Below the pieces are notes generated by a model. That model ran no database searches and was not told the DNA's origin. It saw only the letters and a list, made by a program, of their open reading frames with translations. DNA of 64,000 bases from an uncultured Chloroflexia bacterium (GTDB taxonomy: Bacteria > Chloroflexota > Limnocylindria > Limnocylindrales > CSP1-4), in NCBI GenBank assembly GCA_963842695.1, contig CAWJHK010000001.1, positions 64,040-128,039 on the forward strand, in the 5' to 3' direction. Below, piece after piece: positions 1-9,569 of the stretch. Made by a program: the position numbers and the translations under genes. Position 1 is the stretch's first letter; every line of letters begins with the position of its first letter.

Positions 1-384
1 GAGATCTACGGGATCGTGGCGAGTGCCCAGTCCGCTGCGATCGAGACCCTCGAGGCGGCCGTGGCGGCCGGGACCGCGATCCCGAGCGGCCGCGTGATCC
101 ATGGCATCACCCGCGGCGTCATCGAGGCTGCCGGCCACGGCGATCGGTTCGGACACGGCACTGGGCACGGGATCGGCCTGGCGACGCACGAGGCACCGTC
201 GCTTGGCCGGAATGCGACCGACGACCCGCTGCCGAGCCCGTCGGTGTTCTCGGTCGAGCCCGGCATCTATCTCGACGGAGAGATGGGCGTCCGGATCGAG
301 GACATCATCGCGCTCGATGCGTCGGCCGGTCGCGTCGAGCGCCTGACCCGGTTCCCGCGCGAGGTGATCGTCCTCGGGGGCTGA
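1..384 (+). CDS. Xaa-Pro aminopeptidase / M24 metallopeptidase, C-terminal part (5' end outside window)
   Basis: Open from base 1 in the frame of ORF 16..384. HGTGHGIGLATHEAP, SVEPGIYL and GVRIED are M24 pita-bread metal-ligand motifs. pepP/pepQ directly upstream of efp is a common arrangement. Confidence 0.85.
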   Translation, partial: EIYGIVASAQSAAIETLEAAVAAGTAIPSGRVIHGITRGVIEAAGHGDRFGHGTGHGIGLATHEAPSLGRNATDDPLPSPSVFSVEPGIYLDGEMGVRIEDIIALDASAGRVERLTRFPREVIVLGG

Positions 385-539
385 GGTGCCGTCGCAGCCG
401 CGGCCAGATCGATCCGCTCGAGGGGCGCCCGCGCAGTCGTCTGCTACGATCGGGACTCGATCCGAACCGTCCGACCCCGCCGCTGCGTGCGCCCGTGGAT
501 GCGCGACCGCCGGCCGTCACTCCCAGGAGCCCGAACCCG

Positions 540-1097
540 ATGATCAGCACCGGAGAGTTGAAGAAGGGCGTCGCCATCGAGCTCGACGGCGAGCTGTGGC
601 AGATCCTCGACTACCACCACATCAAGATGGGCCGCGGCTCGGCCCAGGTCCGCATCACGCTGCGCAACATCAAGCGCGGCCAGACGGTGGAGCGCTCGTT
701 CCAGGCCGGGACGAAGTGGCCGCGCGCGTCGATGGAGAAGCGCCCGGTCCAGTTCCTCTACCGCGACGGTGACGACCATCACTTCATGGACAACGACACC
801 TACGACCAGTTCGTCCTGACCACGGATCAGCTCGGCGAGGCTGCGCGGTTTCTCAAGGACGGCATGACGCTCGATCGGACGAGCTACCAGGGCGAGACGA
901 TCGGCGTCGAGCTGCCCGTGACCGTCGACCTCGTCGTCGCCGACACCGAGCCGGGCTTTGCCGGCGACACCCAGACCGGCGCCCGCAAGCCGGCCACGAC
1001 CGAGACCGGTCTCGTCGTCCAGGTCCCGATCTTCGTCGAGTCCGGCGACACGATCCGGATCGACACCCGGACGGGGGAGTACCAGACACGGGTCTGA
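540..1097 (+). CDS. efp: elongation factor P
   Basis: ORF 495..1097 trimmed to ATG 540 (MISTGELKKGVAIELDGELW...). Full-length EF-P with a typical end, GDTIRIDTRTGEYQTRV. AGGAG lies about 12 nt upstream. Confidence 0.95.
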   Translation: MISTGELKKGVAIELDGELWQILDYHHIKMGRGSAQVRITLRNIKRGQTVERSFQAGTKWPRASMEKRPVQFLYRDGDDHHFMDNDTYDQFVLTTDQLGEAARFLKDGMTLDRTSYQGETIGVELPVTVDLVVADTEPGFAGDTQTGARKPATTETGLVVQVPIFVESGDTIRIDTRTGEYQTRV

Positions 1098-1135
1098 CGG
1101 GCGCGTGACCCGGGGTCCGCGGACCGGGCGAAACG

Positions 1136-2692
1136 TTGCCCTCGCGATGCGTCGCAGGGTGGCACGATGATCGCGTGAAGCAACCCGAACCGCCCGACTG
1201 GGCGCTGCCGAGCTGGGATGCCGTGCAGGGCGAGCCCGACGAGCGCAACGCGCGCCCGCCCACACGGGCCGGCGGCCCCCCGAGCCCCCTGGCATCATCC
1301 GCGGCCCCGATCCCGGCCGCACCGGGCACGTTCGGCCTCCGGATCATGGCCGTCAGCGAGGTCACTCGCGCGATCCGGGGCGCGGTCCGCACCGACCCTC
1401 GTCTCTCCGACCTGTGGGTCGAGGGCGAGATCGGCCGCGTCACGGTCTCGTCCGCCGGGCACGCCTACTTTGCGCTCAAGGACGAGCGCAACCAGCTCCA
1501 GTGCGTCTGGTTCCGCGACGACCGCCTGCGATCGGCCTTCGAGGCGCAGGCCGGGCTCCGTGTCGTGGCCCACGGCCGGATCGACGTCTTCGAGCCGCAG
1601 GGCGCGCTCCAGCTCTACGTCGAATCGATCCAGCCATCGGGTCTGGGGGACCTGACGCTGCGATTCGAGGCGCTCAAGGCGCGGCTGGCGGCCGAAGGGT
1701 TGTTCGATGCCGCTAGAAAGCGGCCGCTGCCGGATCGACCGGCGACGATCGCCGTCATCACCAGCCCGACCGGTGCCGTCTGGAAGGACATCTGCACGGT
1801 GCTCGCCCGGCGCTGGCCGCTGACCCGGGTCGTGCTCGTCGCCGCCCAGGTCCAGGGCGACGCCGCCCCGGCCAGCCTCGTCGCCGCGTTCCGCAGGGTC
1901 GAGCGCTACGCGGCGGCCAGGCATGCCGCCGGCCGGCCGGACGAAGCCCCGGTGGTCACGATCCTCGCTCGCGGAGGTGGCTCCCTCGAGGACCTCTGGG
2001 CGTTCAACGACGAGGCGGTCGTCCGGGCCGTGGTGGCGCACGACATCCCGGTCGTCTGCGGCGTCGGACACGAGTCCGACGTGACGCTGGCCGACTTCGC
2101 CGCCGACGTCCGAGCCCCGACGCCGTCCGCCGCCGCCGAGATCGTTGTCCCCGACCGGGCCGAGGCGCTCCTCACGGTGCGCGCCGCTGGGCGCCGGCTC
2201 GATGGTGCCGCCGGCGCTCGTCTCGGGGCCGCCCGGCGGGAGGTGCTGGCGGAGCGTCGCGCCCTGGACCGCCTGAACCCGGCGGCCCAGCTGGCAGCTG
2301 CGCGGGAACGCGCCGGCCTGTTGCTGGATCGGGCGACCCGCGCGATCCAGGACGAGATCGGGACCCGCCGCCGGACCGGCGAGCGACTGGGCGTACGTCT
2401 GGCTCCGACCCTCCCGGGGCGCCTCGGTCGCGAGCGGACCCGTCTCGACCGTGCTGCGGTCCTCGACGCGCTCGCCTCGCGCCGGGTCACGCGGGCGCGA
2501 GCCGCCCTCCAGACATCGACCGCGACGCTGTCCGCGCTCGGTCCACAGGCGACGCTCGATCGCGGGTACGCCATCGTCCATCGGGCCGGCGATGGCGCGA
2601 TCGTCCGGGAACCCGGCGAGGCGCCGGCCGGCACGCGCCTGCGTCTGCGCGTGGCGCGGGGAGAGCTGCCGGCGACAGCCGACGAGCGGTGA
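1136..2692 (+). CDS. xseA: exodeoxyribonuclease VII large subunit
   Basis: OB-fold N-terminus (LWVEGEIGRVTVSSAGHAYFALKD) and catalytic core (ILARGGGSLEDLWAFNDE, GVGHESDVTLADF). Start uncertain: TTG 1136 or GTG 1175. ATG 1346 would cut into the conserved N-terminus. Confidence 0.9.
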   Translation: MPSRCVAGWHDDRVKQPEPPDWALPSWDAVQGEPDERNARPPTRAGGPPSPLASSAAPIPAAPGTFGLRIMAVSEVTRAIRGAVRTDPRLSDLWVEGEIGRVTVSSAGHAYFALKDERNQLQCVWFRDDRLRSAFEAQAGLRVVAHGRIDVFEPQGALQLYVESIQPSGLGDLTLRFEALKARLAAEGLFDAARKRPLPDRPATIAVITSPTGAVWKDICTVLARRWPLTRVVLVAAQVQGDAAPASLVAAFRRVERYAAARHAAGRPDEAPVVTILARGGGSLEDLWAFNDEAVVRAVVAHDIPVVCGVGHESDVTLADFAADVRAPTPSAAAEIVVPDRAEALLTVRAAGRRLDGAAGARLGAARREVLAERRALDRLNPAAQLAAARERAGLLLDRATRAIQDEIGTRRRTGERLGVRLAPTLPGRLGRERTRLDRAAVLDALASRRVTRARAALQTSTATLSALGPQATLDRGYAIVHRAGDGAIVREPGEAPAGTRLRLRVARGELPATADER

Positions 2693-2707
2693 GCCCGTCC
2701 GGACGCT

Positions 2708-2854
2708 ATGCCTGAGCTTGCGGGTCTCGCCGTCTTCGTCCTGATCGTGGCCGTCGTGGCGGTCGTGGGCATCCGCCTTGGTATGCTCGTCGCCCCACGC
2801 CTCGGCCGCTGGGCGGATGGCGACGAGGAGGAGGACCGTGCCGCCGACGACTGA
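2708..2854 (+). CDS. possible 48-aa single-pass membrane peptide (not in ORF track)
   Basis: My own translation from ATG 2708 to TGA 2852-2854: MPELAGLAVFVLIVAVVAVVGIRLGMLVAPRLGRWADGDEEEDRAADD. One hydrophobic helix plus an acidic tail. G/C-rich third positions by eye. Fills the xseA-xseB gap. Confidence 0.3.
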   Translation: MPELAGLAVFVLIVAVVAVVGIRLGMLVAPRLGRWADGDEEEDRAADD

Positions 2855-3104
2855 TCCCGCCATCGAATCGCTGTCCTTCGACGACGCCCTGGCCGAGCTT
2901 CAGCAGACCGTCGCCGCGCTGGAGGCGGGCGGCCAGCCGCTGGAGGAGGCGATCGCCCTGTACGAGCGTGGCGTGGCATTGCAGGCTCGCTGCGAGCGGT
3001 TGCTCGGTGATGCCGAGCTCCGCGTCCAGCAGCTCGTCGCGCGCGCCGGCGGGGCGCTCGAGCTCCGTGACGTCAAGCCCGAGGATGCGACCGAGGAGGC
3101 CTGA
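2838..3104 (+). CDS. xseB: exodeoxyribonuclease VII small subunit
   Basis: SFDDALAELQQTVAALEAGGQPLEEAIALYERGVALQARCE is the XseB helical hairpin. GTG 2838 is preceded by GAGGAGGAGGA. In-frame ATG 2817 and the ORF-track start 2778 are alternatives. Confidence 0.85.
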   Translation: MPPTTDPAIESLSFDDALAELQQTVAALEAGGQPLEEAIALYERGVALQARCERLLGDAELRVQQLVARAGGALELRDVKPEDATEEA

Positions 3105-4484
3105 TCAGGCCTCGAGCGAGCGGGTCGCCGAAGGCGCGACGTTCAGGTTGAAGCGGAACCGGTTGCCCGGGTCGTAGCGACCCTTGACGGTGGCCAGCCG
3201 GGCAAATCGGTCGGCGCCGAACGAGAGTCGAACGCGTTCCATCGTCTCATCGACCGGGGCGTAGTTGGCATACCCCGCACCGGTCAGCGAACCGACGGCC
3301 AACCGGTCGGCCACGCCCCGCGCCCAGGCGATCTGGGTCTCGTCATCGGAAGGATCCTCCCAGATCGCCAGCGCGCTCGCATTCCAGGTGGCTGCCCGCT
3401 GGGCGAACGCGGTGCCGTCTTCAGGCTCGCGATGCGCGGCACCGCGGATGGTCTCCATCAGGATCATGCTCAGGCCATCGGGTACCACGGCCATCGCCTC
3501 CACGATGCCGTCGATGACCACGTCGTCCAAGGCGCGCAGGAAGTGCCCCTTCCAGTAGTGCCGAAGCCCGAACGGGAGTCGCCCGCTCATCGCCTGGATC
3601 GCCGGATAGTCCATCGGTCCGACGCCATCGACGACCGCCGGCAACGCCGCTCGAAGAGGTCGCAGGACGTCGGTCGCCGTCGCGGGGGGATCCGGCCAGC
3701 AGATGCCGACACGGACACACCGAATGTCGCCGGTCGAGCTGCGGGCCCCGATGGCGGCGGTCAGCTCGAGTGCGTCCGGGGCCGTCGTGGCGATCTCCGC
3801 CAAGCGTCGCAGCACCTGCCTCATGGCGTGGAGCGGGTACTCGATGTATCCGGCCAGGATCGTCCCCGGTTCGAAGGCTCGGAACTCGAATGCAGTCACG
3901 ACCCCGAAGTTGCCGCCGCCGCCACGGAGGGCCCAGAGCAGCTCGGGATCGCCGTCGGCACCGGCCACGACGATCTCGCCGGCCGCCGTCACCAGCTCGG
4001 CTCGCAACAGGTTGTCGCAGGTGAACCCCGCCAGACCGGACAGCCAGCCGATCCCTCCGCCGAGGGTCAGGCCTCCGACTCCCGTGTCGCCGAACGTGCC
4101 TCCGACGACGGCGAGATGATGGGCCCAGGCAGCCGCATCGAGATCGTTCCACTGTGCACCACCCGCGACACGCACGACGCGACGCTTCGGGTCGACGCTG
4201 ACCGCGCGCATCTCGCGGAGGTCGATCACGAGCGCGCCGTCACCCATGGCATGGCCCGCCACGCCGTGCCCGCCGCCGCGGACCGCGATCGGCAACCCGA
4301 GATCATCGGCGGCGACGACGGCCGCCACGACGTCGTCGACGGACAGGACCCTGGCGATCACCGCCGGCCGCCGCAGGATCGTGGCGTTGAACGTGGTGCG
4401 GGCTTCGTCGTAGCCGACGTCCTCCGGGGTGAGCACACGGTCGTTCAACGTCGCCCGCAGGCGGTCGACGACAAACTGGTTCAT
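3105..4484 (-). CDS. FAD-binding oxidoreductase (FAD_binding_4 / BBE-like family)
   Basis: 459-aa ORF. N-terminal PCMH-type FAD domain (RPAVIARVLSVDDVVAAV...IAVRGGGHGVAGHA) and a berberine-bridge-like C-terminus (KGRYDPGNRFRFN). Confidence 0.85.
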   Translation of the reverse strand: MNQFVVDRLRATLNDRVLTPEDVGYDEARTTFNATILRRPAVIARVLSVDDVVAAVVAADDLGLPIAVRGGGHGVAGHAMGDGALVIDLREMRAVSVDPKRRVVRVAGGAQWNDLDAAAWAHHLAVVGGTFGDTGVGGLTLGGGIGWLSGLAGFTCDNLLRAELVTAAGEIVVAGADGDPELLWALRGGGGNFGVVTAFEFRAFEPGTILAGYIEYPLHAMRQVLRRLAEIATTAPDALELTAAIGARSSTGDIRCVRVGICWPDPPATATDVLRPLRAALPAVVDGVGPMDYPAIQAMSGRLPFGLRHYWKGHFLRALDDVVIDGIVEAMAVVPDGLSMILMETIRGAAHREPEDGTAFAQRAATWNASALAIWEDPSDDETQIAWARGVADRLAVGSLTGAGYANYAPVDETMERVRLSFGADRFARLATVKGRYDPGNRFRFNLNVAPSATRSLEA

Positions 4485-4669
4485 CGTGCGACATCCCTTC
4501 GTCTGTCGGTGAAACGAGCGACCTGCAGCGGACAGGTTTACACTCTGGACCCGCGCCGACCATCCACGGCGCCCGGGGTGCCGAATCCATCATCACACGC
4601 ACGCATTCCCGCTCGTCGACCGGTCCTGAGACACCCGACCGACCGTCGACGACCACATCCAGGAGTCCA

Positions 4670-6709
4670 TTGACCGTGCCGATGCTGCCGACCCTCCAGG
4701 GACCCGCCGACCTGCGCGGCCTCGATGAGATCCAGCTCGCCAAGCTGGCCGTCGAGATCCGCGAGACGATCGTCCGAACGGTGGCGGTCACGGGCGGTCA
4801 CCTCGGATCGTCGCTCGGGGTCGTCGAGCTGACGATCGCCCTCCACCGACTGTTGGAATCGCCTCGCGACAAGATCGTCTGGGACACCGGCCATCAGGCC
4901 TACCCGCACAAGCTGCTGACCGGCCGCTTCGAGCGGTTCGACACGCTGCGGCAGCTCGACGGCGTCGGTGGCTTCCCGCGGCGGTCCGAGTCCGAGCACG
5001 ACGTGTTCGACGGCGGTCACGCCGGCACGGGTCTGTCGATCGCCCAGGGGCTGGCCGAGGCCCGCGACCTGCGCCACGGCCTCGAGCGGATCGCGGTCGT
5101 CGTCGGCGACGCCGCATTGATGAGCGGGTTGTCGCTCGAGGCGCTCAACGACATCGGTCACCGGCGGACGCAGATGCTGATCGTCCTGAACGACAACGAG
5201 ATGTCGATCAGCCCGACCGTCGGCGCGTTCTCGAAGTACCTGTCGCAGATCAAGCTGTCGCGCAGCTGGCGGCAGAGCAAGAGCGCGTACGACCGCGCCG
5301 TCGAGCGGATCCCGATCGTCGGCCCGACCGTGCTCGAGTGGAGCCGCCGCCTGCGCAAGTCGGTCGTCAATTTCGCTCAGCCCGGCCAGCTCTTCGAGGA
5401 CCTCGGGGTCACCTACATCGGCGTCGTGCCGGGTCACGATCTCCACGCCCTGCTCGAGACGCTCGGGCGGGCGCTCGACCTGCCCGGCCCGACGATCGTC
5501 CACGTCCGGACGCAGAAGGGACGCGGCTATCGGCCGGCCGAGACCGACCAGGTCGGCTTCCACGGGGCCGCACTCCCGCCGATGGCGCTCGTCCGGGGAG
5601 GGGAGCCCGCCGTGGCGGTCGCGGCGGCCGTCGCCGCGCCGGCCGGCAACGGCACGATGCCGACCGAATCGATGAGCGAGGATGCGGCGCCGCCCGCGCG
5701 CGTCGCCGAGGCGCCGAAGAAGCACCCCAACTACACGGCGGTCTTCGCGGCCGAGCTGATCGAGATGGCGAAGGCGGATCGGCGGATCGTCGGGATCACC
5801 GCGGGGATGCCGACCGGTACCGGGATGGCCCGCTTCCAGGCCGAGTTCCCGAATCGGATGTACGACGTCGGGATCGCCGAGCAGCACTCGATGGCGCTGG
5901 CGACGGGCCTGGCGATGGGCGGCATGCGTCCCGTGGTCGCGCTCTACTCGACATTCCTCCAGCGTGCCTTCGACCAGACCGTCCACGACGTCTGCCAGAA
6001 CGACCAGCCGGTGCTCATCGCCGTCGACCGGGCCGGGCTCGTGGGCGAGGACGGGACCAGCCACCAGGGGATGTTCACGCTGCCGGCCCAGCGCCAGCTG
6101 CCGAACCTCGTCATCGCCTCGCCGAAGGACGAGCAGGAGCTGCGCTCGTTGCTCCGGACCGCGATCGGTCAGGATCACCCGTTCGCGCTGCACTACCCGC
6201 GCGATCCCGGGTTCGGCCTGGAGCCGATCGCACCCGAGCTCATCCCGATCGGGCGTGGCGAGGTGCTCCGCGAGGGCCGTGATCTCCTGTTCGTCGGGTT
6301 CGGCCCCATCGTCCGGCGCGCGATGGAGGCCGCCGAGACGCTCGAACACGAGGGCTGGTCGATCGGGGTCATCAACGCCCGCTTCGCGCGGCCTCTGGAT
6401 CGCCAGCTCATCCTCGATCAGGCGCGCGGCAAGCGGATGGTCGTGACATTCGAGGAGAGCGTCGTGACCGGCGGCTTCGGGAGCGGGGTCCTCGAGCTCC
6501 TCGAGGAGGCCCGGCTCGCCGACCCGGCCTACCGCGACACGGCCGTGCGGATCATCGGGATCCCGGGCGAGCGGTTCGTCGACCACGGCTCGGTGGCCGA
6601 CCTCCGCCGGGTGCTCCGCCTCGACGCGCCCGGACTCGCGGCGCAGGTCCGCGAGGCGCTCGACGCCCTCCGCGCCGCGCCGGGTCTGTCGGAGGTCGTC
6701 GCTGGCTGA
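4670..6709 (+). CDS. dxs: 1-deoxy-D-xylulose-5-phosphate synthase
   Basis: 679-aa ORF with GGHLGSSLGVVELTIALH and DKIVWDTGHQAYPHKLLTGR (TPP-binding N-terminus) plus transketolase-like middle and C-terminal domains. AGGAG lies 5 nt before TTG 4670. ATG 4682 is an alternative start. Confidence 0.95.
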   Translation: MTVPMLPTLQGPADLRGLDEIQLAKLAVEIRETIVRTVAVTGGHLGSSLGVVELTIALHRLLESPRDKIVWDTGHQAYPHKLLTGRFERFDTLRQLDGVGGFPRRSESEHDVFDGGHAGTGLSIAQGLAEARDLRHGLERIAVVVGDAALMSGLSLEALNDIGHRRTQMLIVLNDNEMSISPTVGAFSKYLSQIKLSRSWRQSKSAYDRAVERIPIVGPTVLEWSRRLRKSVVNFAQPGQLFEDLGVTYIGVVPGHDLHALLETLGRALDLPGPTIVHVRTQKGRGYRPAETDQVGFHGAALPPMALVRGGEPAVAVAAAVAAPAGNGTMPTESMSEDAAPPARVAEAPKKHPNYTAVFAAELIEMAKADRRIVGITAGMPTGTGMARFQAEFPNRMYDVGIAEQHSMALATGLAMGGMRPVVALYSTFLQRAFDQTVHDVCQNDQPVLIAVDRAGLVGEDGTSHQGMFTLPAQRQLPNLVIASPKDEQELRSLLRTAIGQDHPFALHYPRDPGFGLEPIAPELIPIGRGEVLREGRDLLFVGFGPIVRRAMEAAETLEHEGWSIGVINARFARPLDRQLILDQARGKRMVVTFEESVVTGGFGSGVLELLEEARLADPAYRDTAVRIIGIPGERFVDHGSVADLRRVLRLDAPGLAAQVREALDALRAAPGLSEVVAG

Positions 6710-6751
6710 CGCTCCTGGCGACCGGTCCATCGCCGTGTAGACTCCGGGCAC

Positions 6752-8704
6752 GTGGCCGTCGTACGCCACCGAGGCAGCGGAGTCGAGAGGGTGACGACAC
6801 CACCCGGACCGTTCGACCGGCGGGCCTGGGTCAACGTGGCGCTCGCCGCGTGGCTCATCGGCGCGATCCTCCTCATCGCGCGACTGAACACGCAGGGGAT
6901 CGTGCCCCAGTCGCAGCGCACGATCTATGTCGTGCCGGCCTATGCCGGGCTGGCCGTGCTTGCCGTCTACGTCGTGGTCTCGATCGGTGTGGCGGTCCGC
7001 CATCGCCGGCCATGGCGATCGGCGTTTGCCGGCGGATACGAGCTGCTGCCCCTCGGCTTCGCGATCCTCGTCGCGTACTCGGCCGTCGACCTGATCTGGC
7101 TGGCCCTGTTCGGCGAGGAGGTCGGCATCGTCGAGGGACTCGCACCGGGCAGGCTGTTCCTTGCGGTCGGGCTCGCCCTCGTTGCGGTTGGCCCCGTGCG
7201 CGCGGCCCTCGGTGGCTCGCCGGGATCGTCGAGGCTCGCGGCCTCGTTCGCACTCGGCCTCCTGTTGACCACCGCGGTCTTTCCGATCGGTCCGCTCGAT
7301 CCGCTGGTCGGCGCCTATGCCACCCGGCCGTCCGATGCCGTCCAGGACGACTCGGAGATCTGGCTGATGGCCGCCGACGGATCCCACCAGCAGCGGGAGA
7401 TCGTCGCCGGCGACGGCGCTGAGGTCTCGCTGCCCGCATGGTCGCCCGACGGGAGATCGATCGTCTTCACCCATTGGCAACGTGCGGAGAGCGGCGCCCG
7501 CCAGGCCGATGTCTGGGTCGCCGATGCGGACGGCGGCAATGCCCGGGCTCTGGTCTCAGGGCCCGGCTACGACTGGATCCCGGCCTGGTCGCCCGACGGT
7601 GGCTGGATCTCGTATACGGCCGACGCCGCCGCCCCGGTCCGGCCGCAGGCAGGTCCGATCGGTGGTGGCCCGCAACCGGGTCAGCCGCCTGGCGCCGTCA
7701 CGCCGAGGAGCGGCAGCGCCCAGATCTGGCTCGTCCGGCCCGACGGCTCGGACGCCCATCAGCTGACCGACGTGGAGGGTGGGGCCGCGGCGGCCGCCTG
7801 GTCTCCGGACGGCGCATCGATCGCCTACAGCAGCGACCGTGGCGGCCAGGCCGACATCTATATCTCGGCGATCGACGGGTCGAGCGAAGCCCGGTTGACC
7901 GACGACCCCGCCGACGATTGGGCACCTTCCTGGGCGCGGGATGGCCGGCACGTCCTGTTCACCTCGGACCGGACCGGCGACAACGATATCTGGCGGGTCG
8001 GGATCGACGGGACCGACCTGACCCACCTGACCACCGACGAGAGCGACGACGACGTCGCCGCCGAGGCGCCCGATGGTTCGCGCATCGTGTTCGTGTCGAC
8101 CCGCAGCGGTGACGCCGAGGTGTGGACGATGGCGCCTGATGGCAGCGACCCCCAGAACCTCACCCGGCGTCCCGCGGCCGACGATGGTCGATGGAGCGTG
8201 GCCTGGGCCCCGGACGGGCGATCGCTGGCGTACGCGAGCGCCGGGTCGACACCGGTGTTCAGCCACCCCATCGTCGTCGAAGATCTGGCCGCCGCCGGGG
8301 CGATGCTATTGGCGAGTGCCGTCGCCATCGCGGCCATCGCAGCGGTCGCGATCGGTCTCCGTTTCGGGGCCGTGACGGTCGTCCTCGGCGTCGCGGCGGT
8401 GGCGGCCGCGTTCATCGGGGACCACTGGCCGCTCGTTCCGGCAGTCCTCCTCGCCGGGTTGGTGGTCGACCTGGTGGTGAGTCGGGCACCGCCACGGCGG
8501 CGGCGGCCCATCGCCTCGGTGCTGACCCCGGTCGGCGTGGTCCTGGCCTACGGCCTGGCGCTGCTCGCGATGGGATCGCTGGCCTGGAGCCCGACCCTGC
8601 TCCTCGGGATCGCGGCCGCGGCAGGTTTGATCGGCTGGGTCATCGGCGTCCTGCTGCCGGCCATCGAGGCCGTGCCGGAGGCCGCGTCGGAGTCGGCGAC
8701 GTGA
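6752..8704 (+). CDS. polytopic membrane protein with central TolB-like PD40 beta-propeller
   Basis: Six W(S/A)PDG-type PD40 repeats (PAWSPDGRSIVFTH, AWSPDGGWISYTAD, AWSPDGASIAYSSDR, SWARDGRHVLFTSDR, APDGSRIVFVSTR, WAPDGRSLAYAS). They are flanked by several hydrophobic helices on both sides. GTG 6752 lies 8 nt after TAGACT. Confidence 0.8.
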   Translation: MAVVRHRGSGVERVTTPPGPFDRRAWVNVALAAWLIGAILLIARLNTQGIVPQSQRTIYVVPAYAGLAVLAVYVVVSIGVAVRHRRPWRSAFAGGYELLPLGFAILVAYSAVDLIWLALFGEEVGIVEGLAPGRLFLAVGLALVAVGPVRAALGGSPGSSRLAASFALGLLLTTAVFPIGPLDPLVGAYATRPSDAVQDDSEIWLMAADGSHQQREIVAGDGAEVSLPAWSPDGRSIVFTHWQRAESGARQADVWVADADGGNARALVSGPGYDWIPAWSPDGGWISYTADAAAPVRPQAGPIGGGPQPGQPPGAVTPRSGSAQIWLVRPDGSDAHQLTDVEGGAAAAAWSPDGASIAYSSDRGGQADIYISAIDGSSEARLTDDPADDWAPSWARDGRHVLFTSDRTGDNDIWRVGIDGTDLTHLTTDESDDDVAAEAPDGSRIVFVSTRSGDAEVWTMAPDGSDPQNLTRRPAADDGRWSVAWAPDGRSLAYASAGSTPVFSHPIVVEDLAAAGAMLLASAVAIAAIAAVAIGLRFGAVTVVLGVAAVAAAFIGDHWPLVPAVLLAGLVVDLVVSRAPPRRRRPIASVLTPVGVVLAYGLALLAMGSLAWSPTLLLGIAAAAGLIGWVIGVLLPAIEAVPEAASESAT

Positions 8705-8738
8705 GTCCGCGTGCAGTCCGCTGTGCCACGATAGGCGG

Positions 8739-9569
8739 GTGAGCACGACCCACCGGCCTCCCCCGAGCCGCTCGCGCAAGCCGACACGAGTCCGCCTCGA
8801 TCAGCTCCTCGTAGAGCGCGGCATCGTCGAGTCGCGGAGTCGGGCCCAGGCGCTCGTGCTCGGTGGCAAGGTCCTCGTCGGCGAGGGGGACGCGGCGCGG
8901 CACGACCGCAAGCCCGGAGACCTGCTGCCGCCCGATACGCCGATCGCGATCGTGGCGCCGGAGCCGTACGTCAGCCGCGGCGGGCACAAGCTCGCGGCTG
9001 CGCTGGACGCCTTCGCGATCGAGCCGGCGGGGCTCGTCGCGCTGGATGTCGGGGCCTCGACCGGCGGGTTCACGGACGTGCTCCTCCAACGCGGAGCGGC
9101 GCGGGTCTACGCCCTGGACGTCGGCCGCGGCCAGCTCCACGAGACGCTCCGCCGCGACCCACGCGTCGTCTCGATGGAGCGGACGAACGCGCGGATGCTG
9201 ACGCCGACGACCCTCCCGGAGCCGATCGATCTCGCGACCGTCGACGTGTCGTTCATCTCGCTCGGGCTCGTTCTCGGGCCGATCGCATCGACTCTGACGC
9301 CGCACGGATACGTCGTGGCGCTCGTCAAGCCGCAATTCGAAGCCGGTCGCGGCCGGACGGATCACGGCGTCGTCCGCGACCCGGCTATCCACCGTGAGGT
9401 GCTGGAGCGCGTCGTGGGACAGGCGTCGGCGGCCGGTCTGGGGTCGCGTGCGGTCGTGCCATCGCCGATCACCGGACCGGACGGCAACCGCGAGTTCCTG
9501 CTGCACCTCGCCAGGGGGCCCGGCTGCGCCGAGATCGGCGACCTGATCGTCGGGGTCACCGACGGATGA
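8739..9569 (+). CDS. tlyA: TlyA-family rRNA (cytidine-2'-O)-methyltransferase
   Basis: S4-like N-terminus (RLDQLLVERGIVESRSRAQALV) and FtsJ-type SAM site (LDVGASTGGFTDVLLQRGA). tlyA-nadK-recN order is typical. Confidence 0.9.
   Translation: MSTTHRPPPSRSRKPTRVRLDQLLVERGIVESRSRAQALVLGGKVLVGEGDAARHDRKPGDLLPPDTPIAIVAPEPYVSRGGHKLAAALDAFAIEPAGLVALDVGASTGGFTDVLLQRGAARVYALDVGRGQLHETLRRDPRVVSMERTNARMLTPTTLPEPIDLATVDVSFISLGLVLGPIASTLTPHGYVVALVKPQFEAGRGRTDHGVVRDPAIHREVLERVVGQASAAGLGSRAVVPSPITGPDGNREFLLHLARGPGCAEIGDLIVGVTDG

Noticed and set aside
4538-7480. Very long antisense ORFs (980 aa opposite dxs; also 10135..12264, 11679..13622, 17843..19879, 52315..54369, 59087..60907, 61932..63701, 1295..2863)
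   Set aside because: These are shadow ORFs of a stop-poor, GC-rich genome. Their products are low-complexity Arg/Pro/Gly/Asp-rich strings. The opposite strand carries well-conserved genes in every case.
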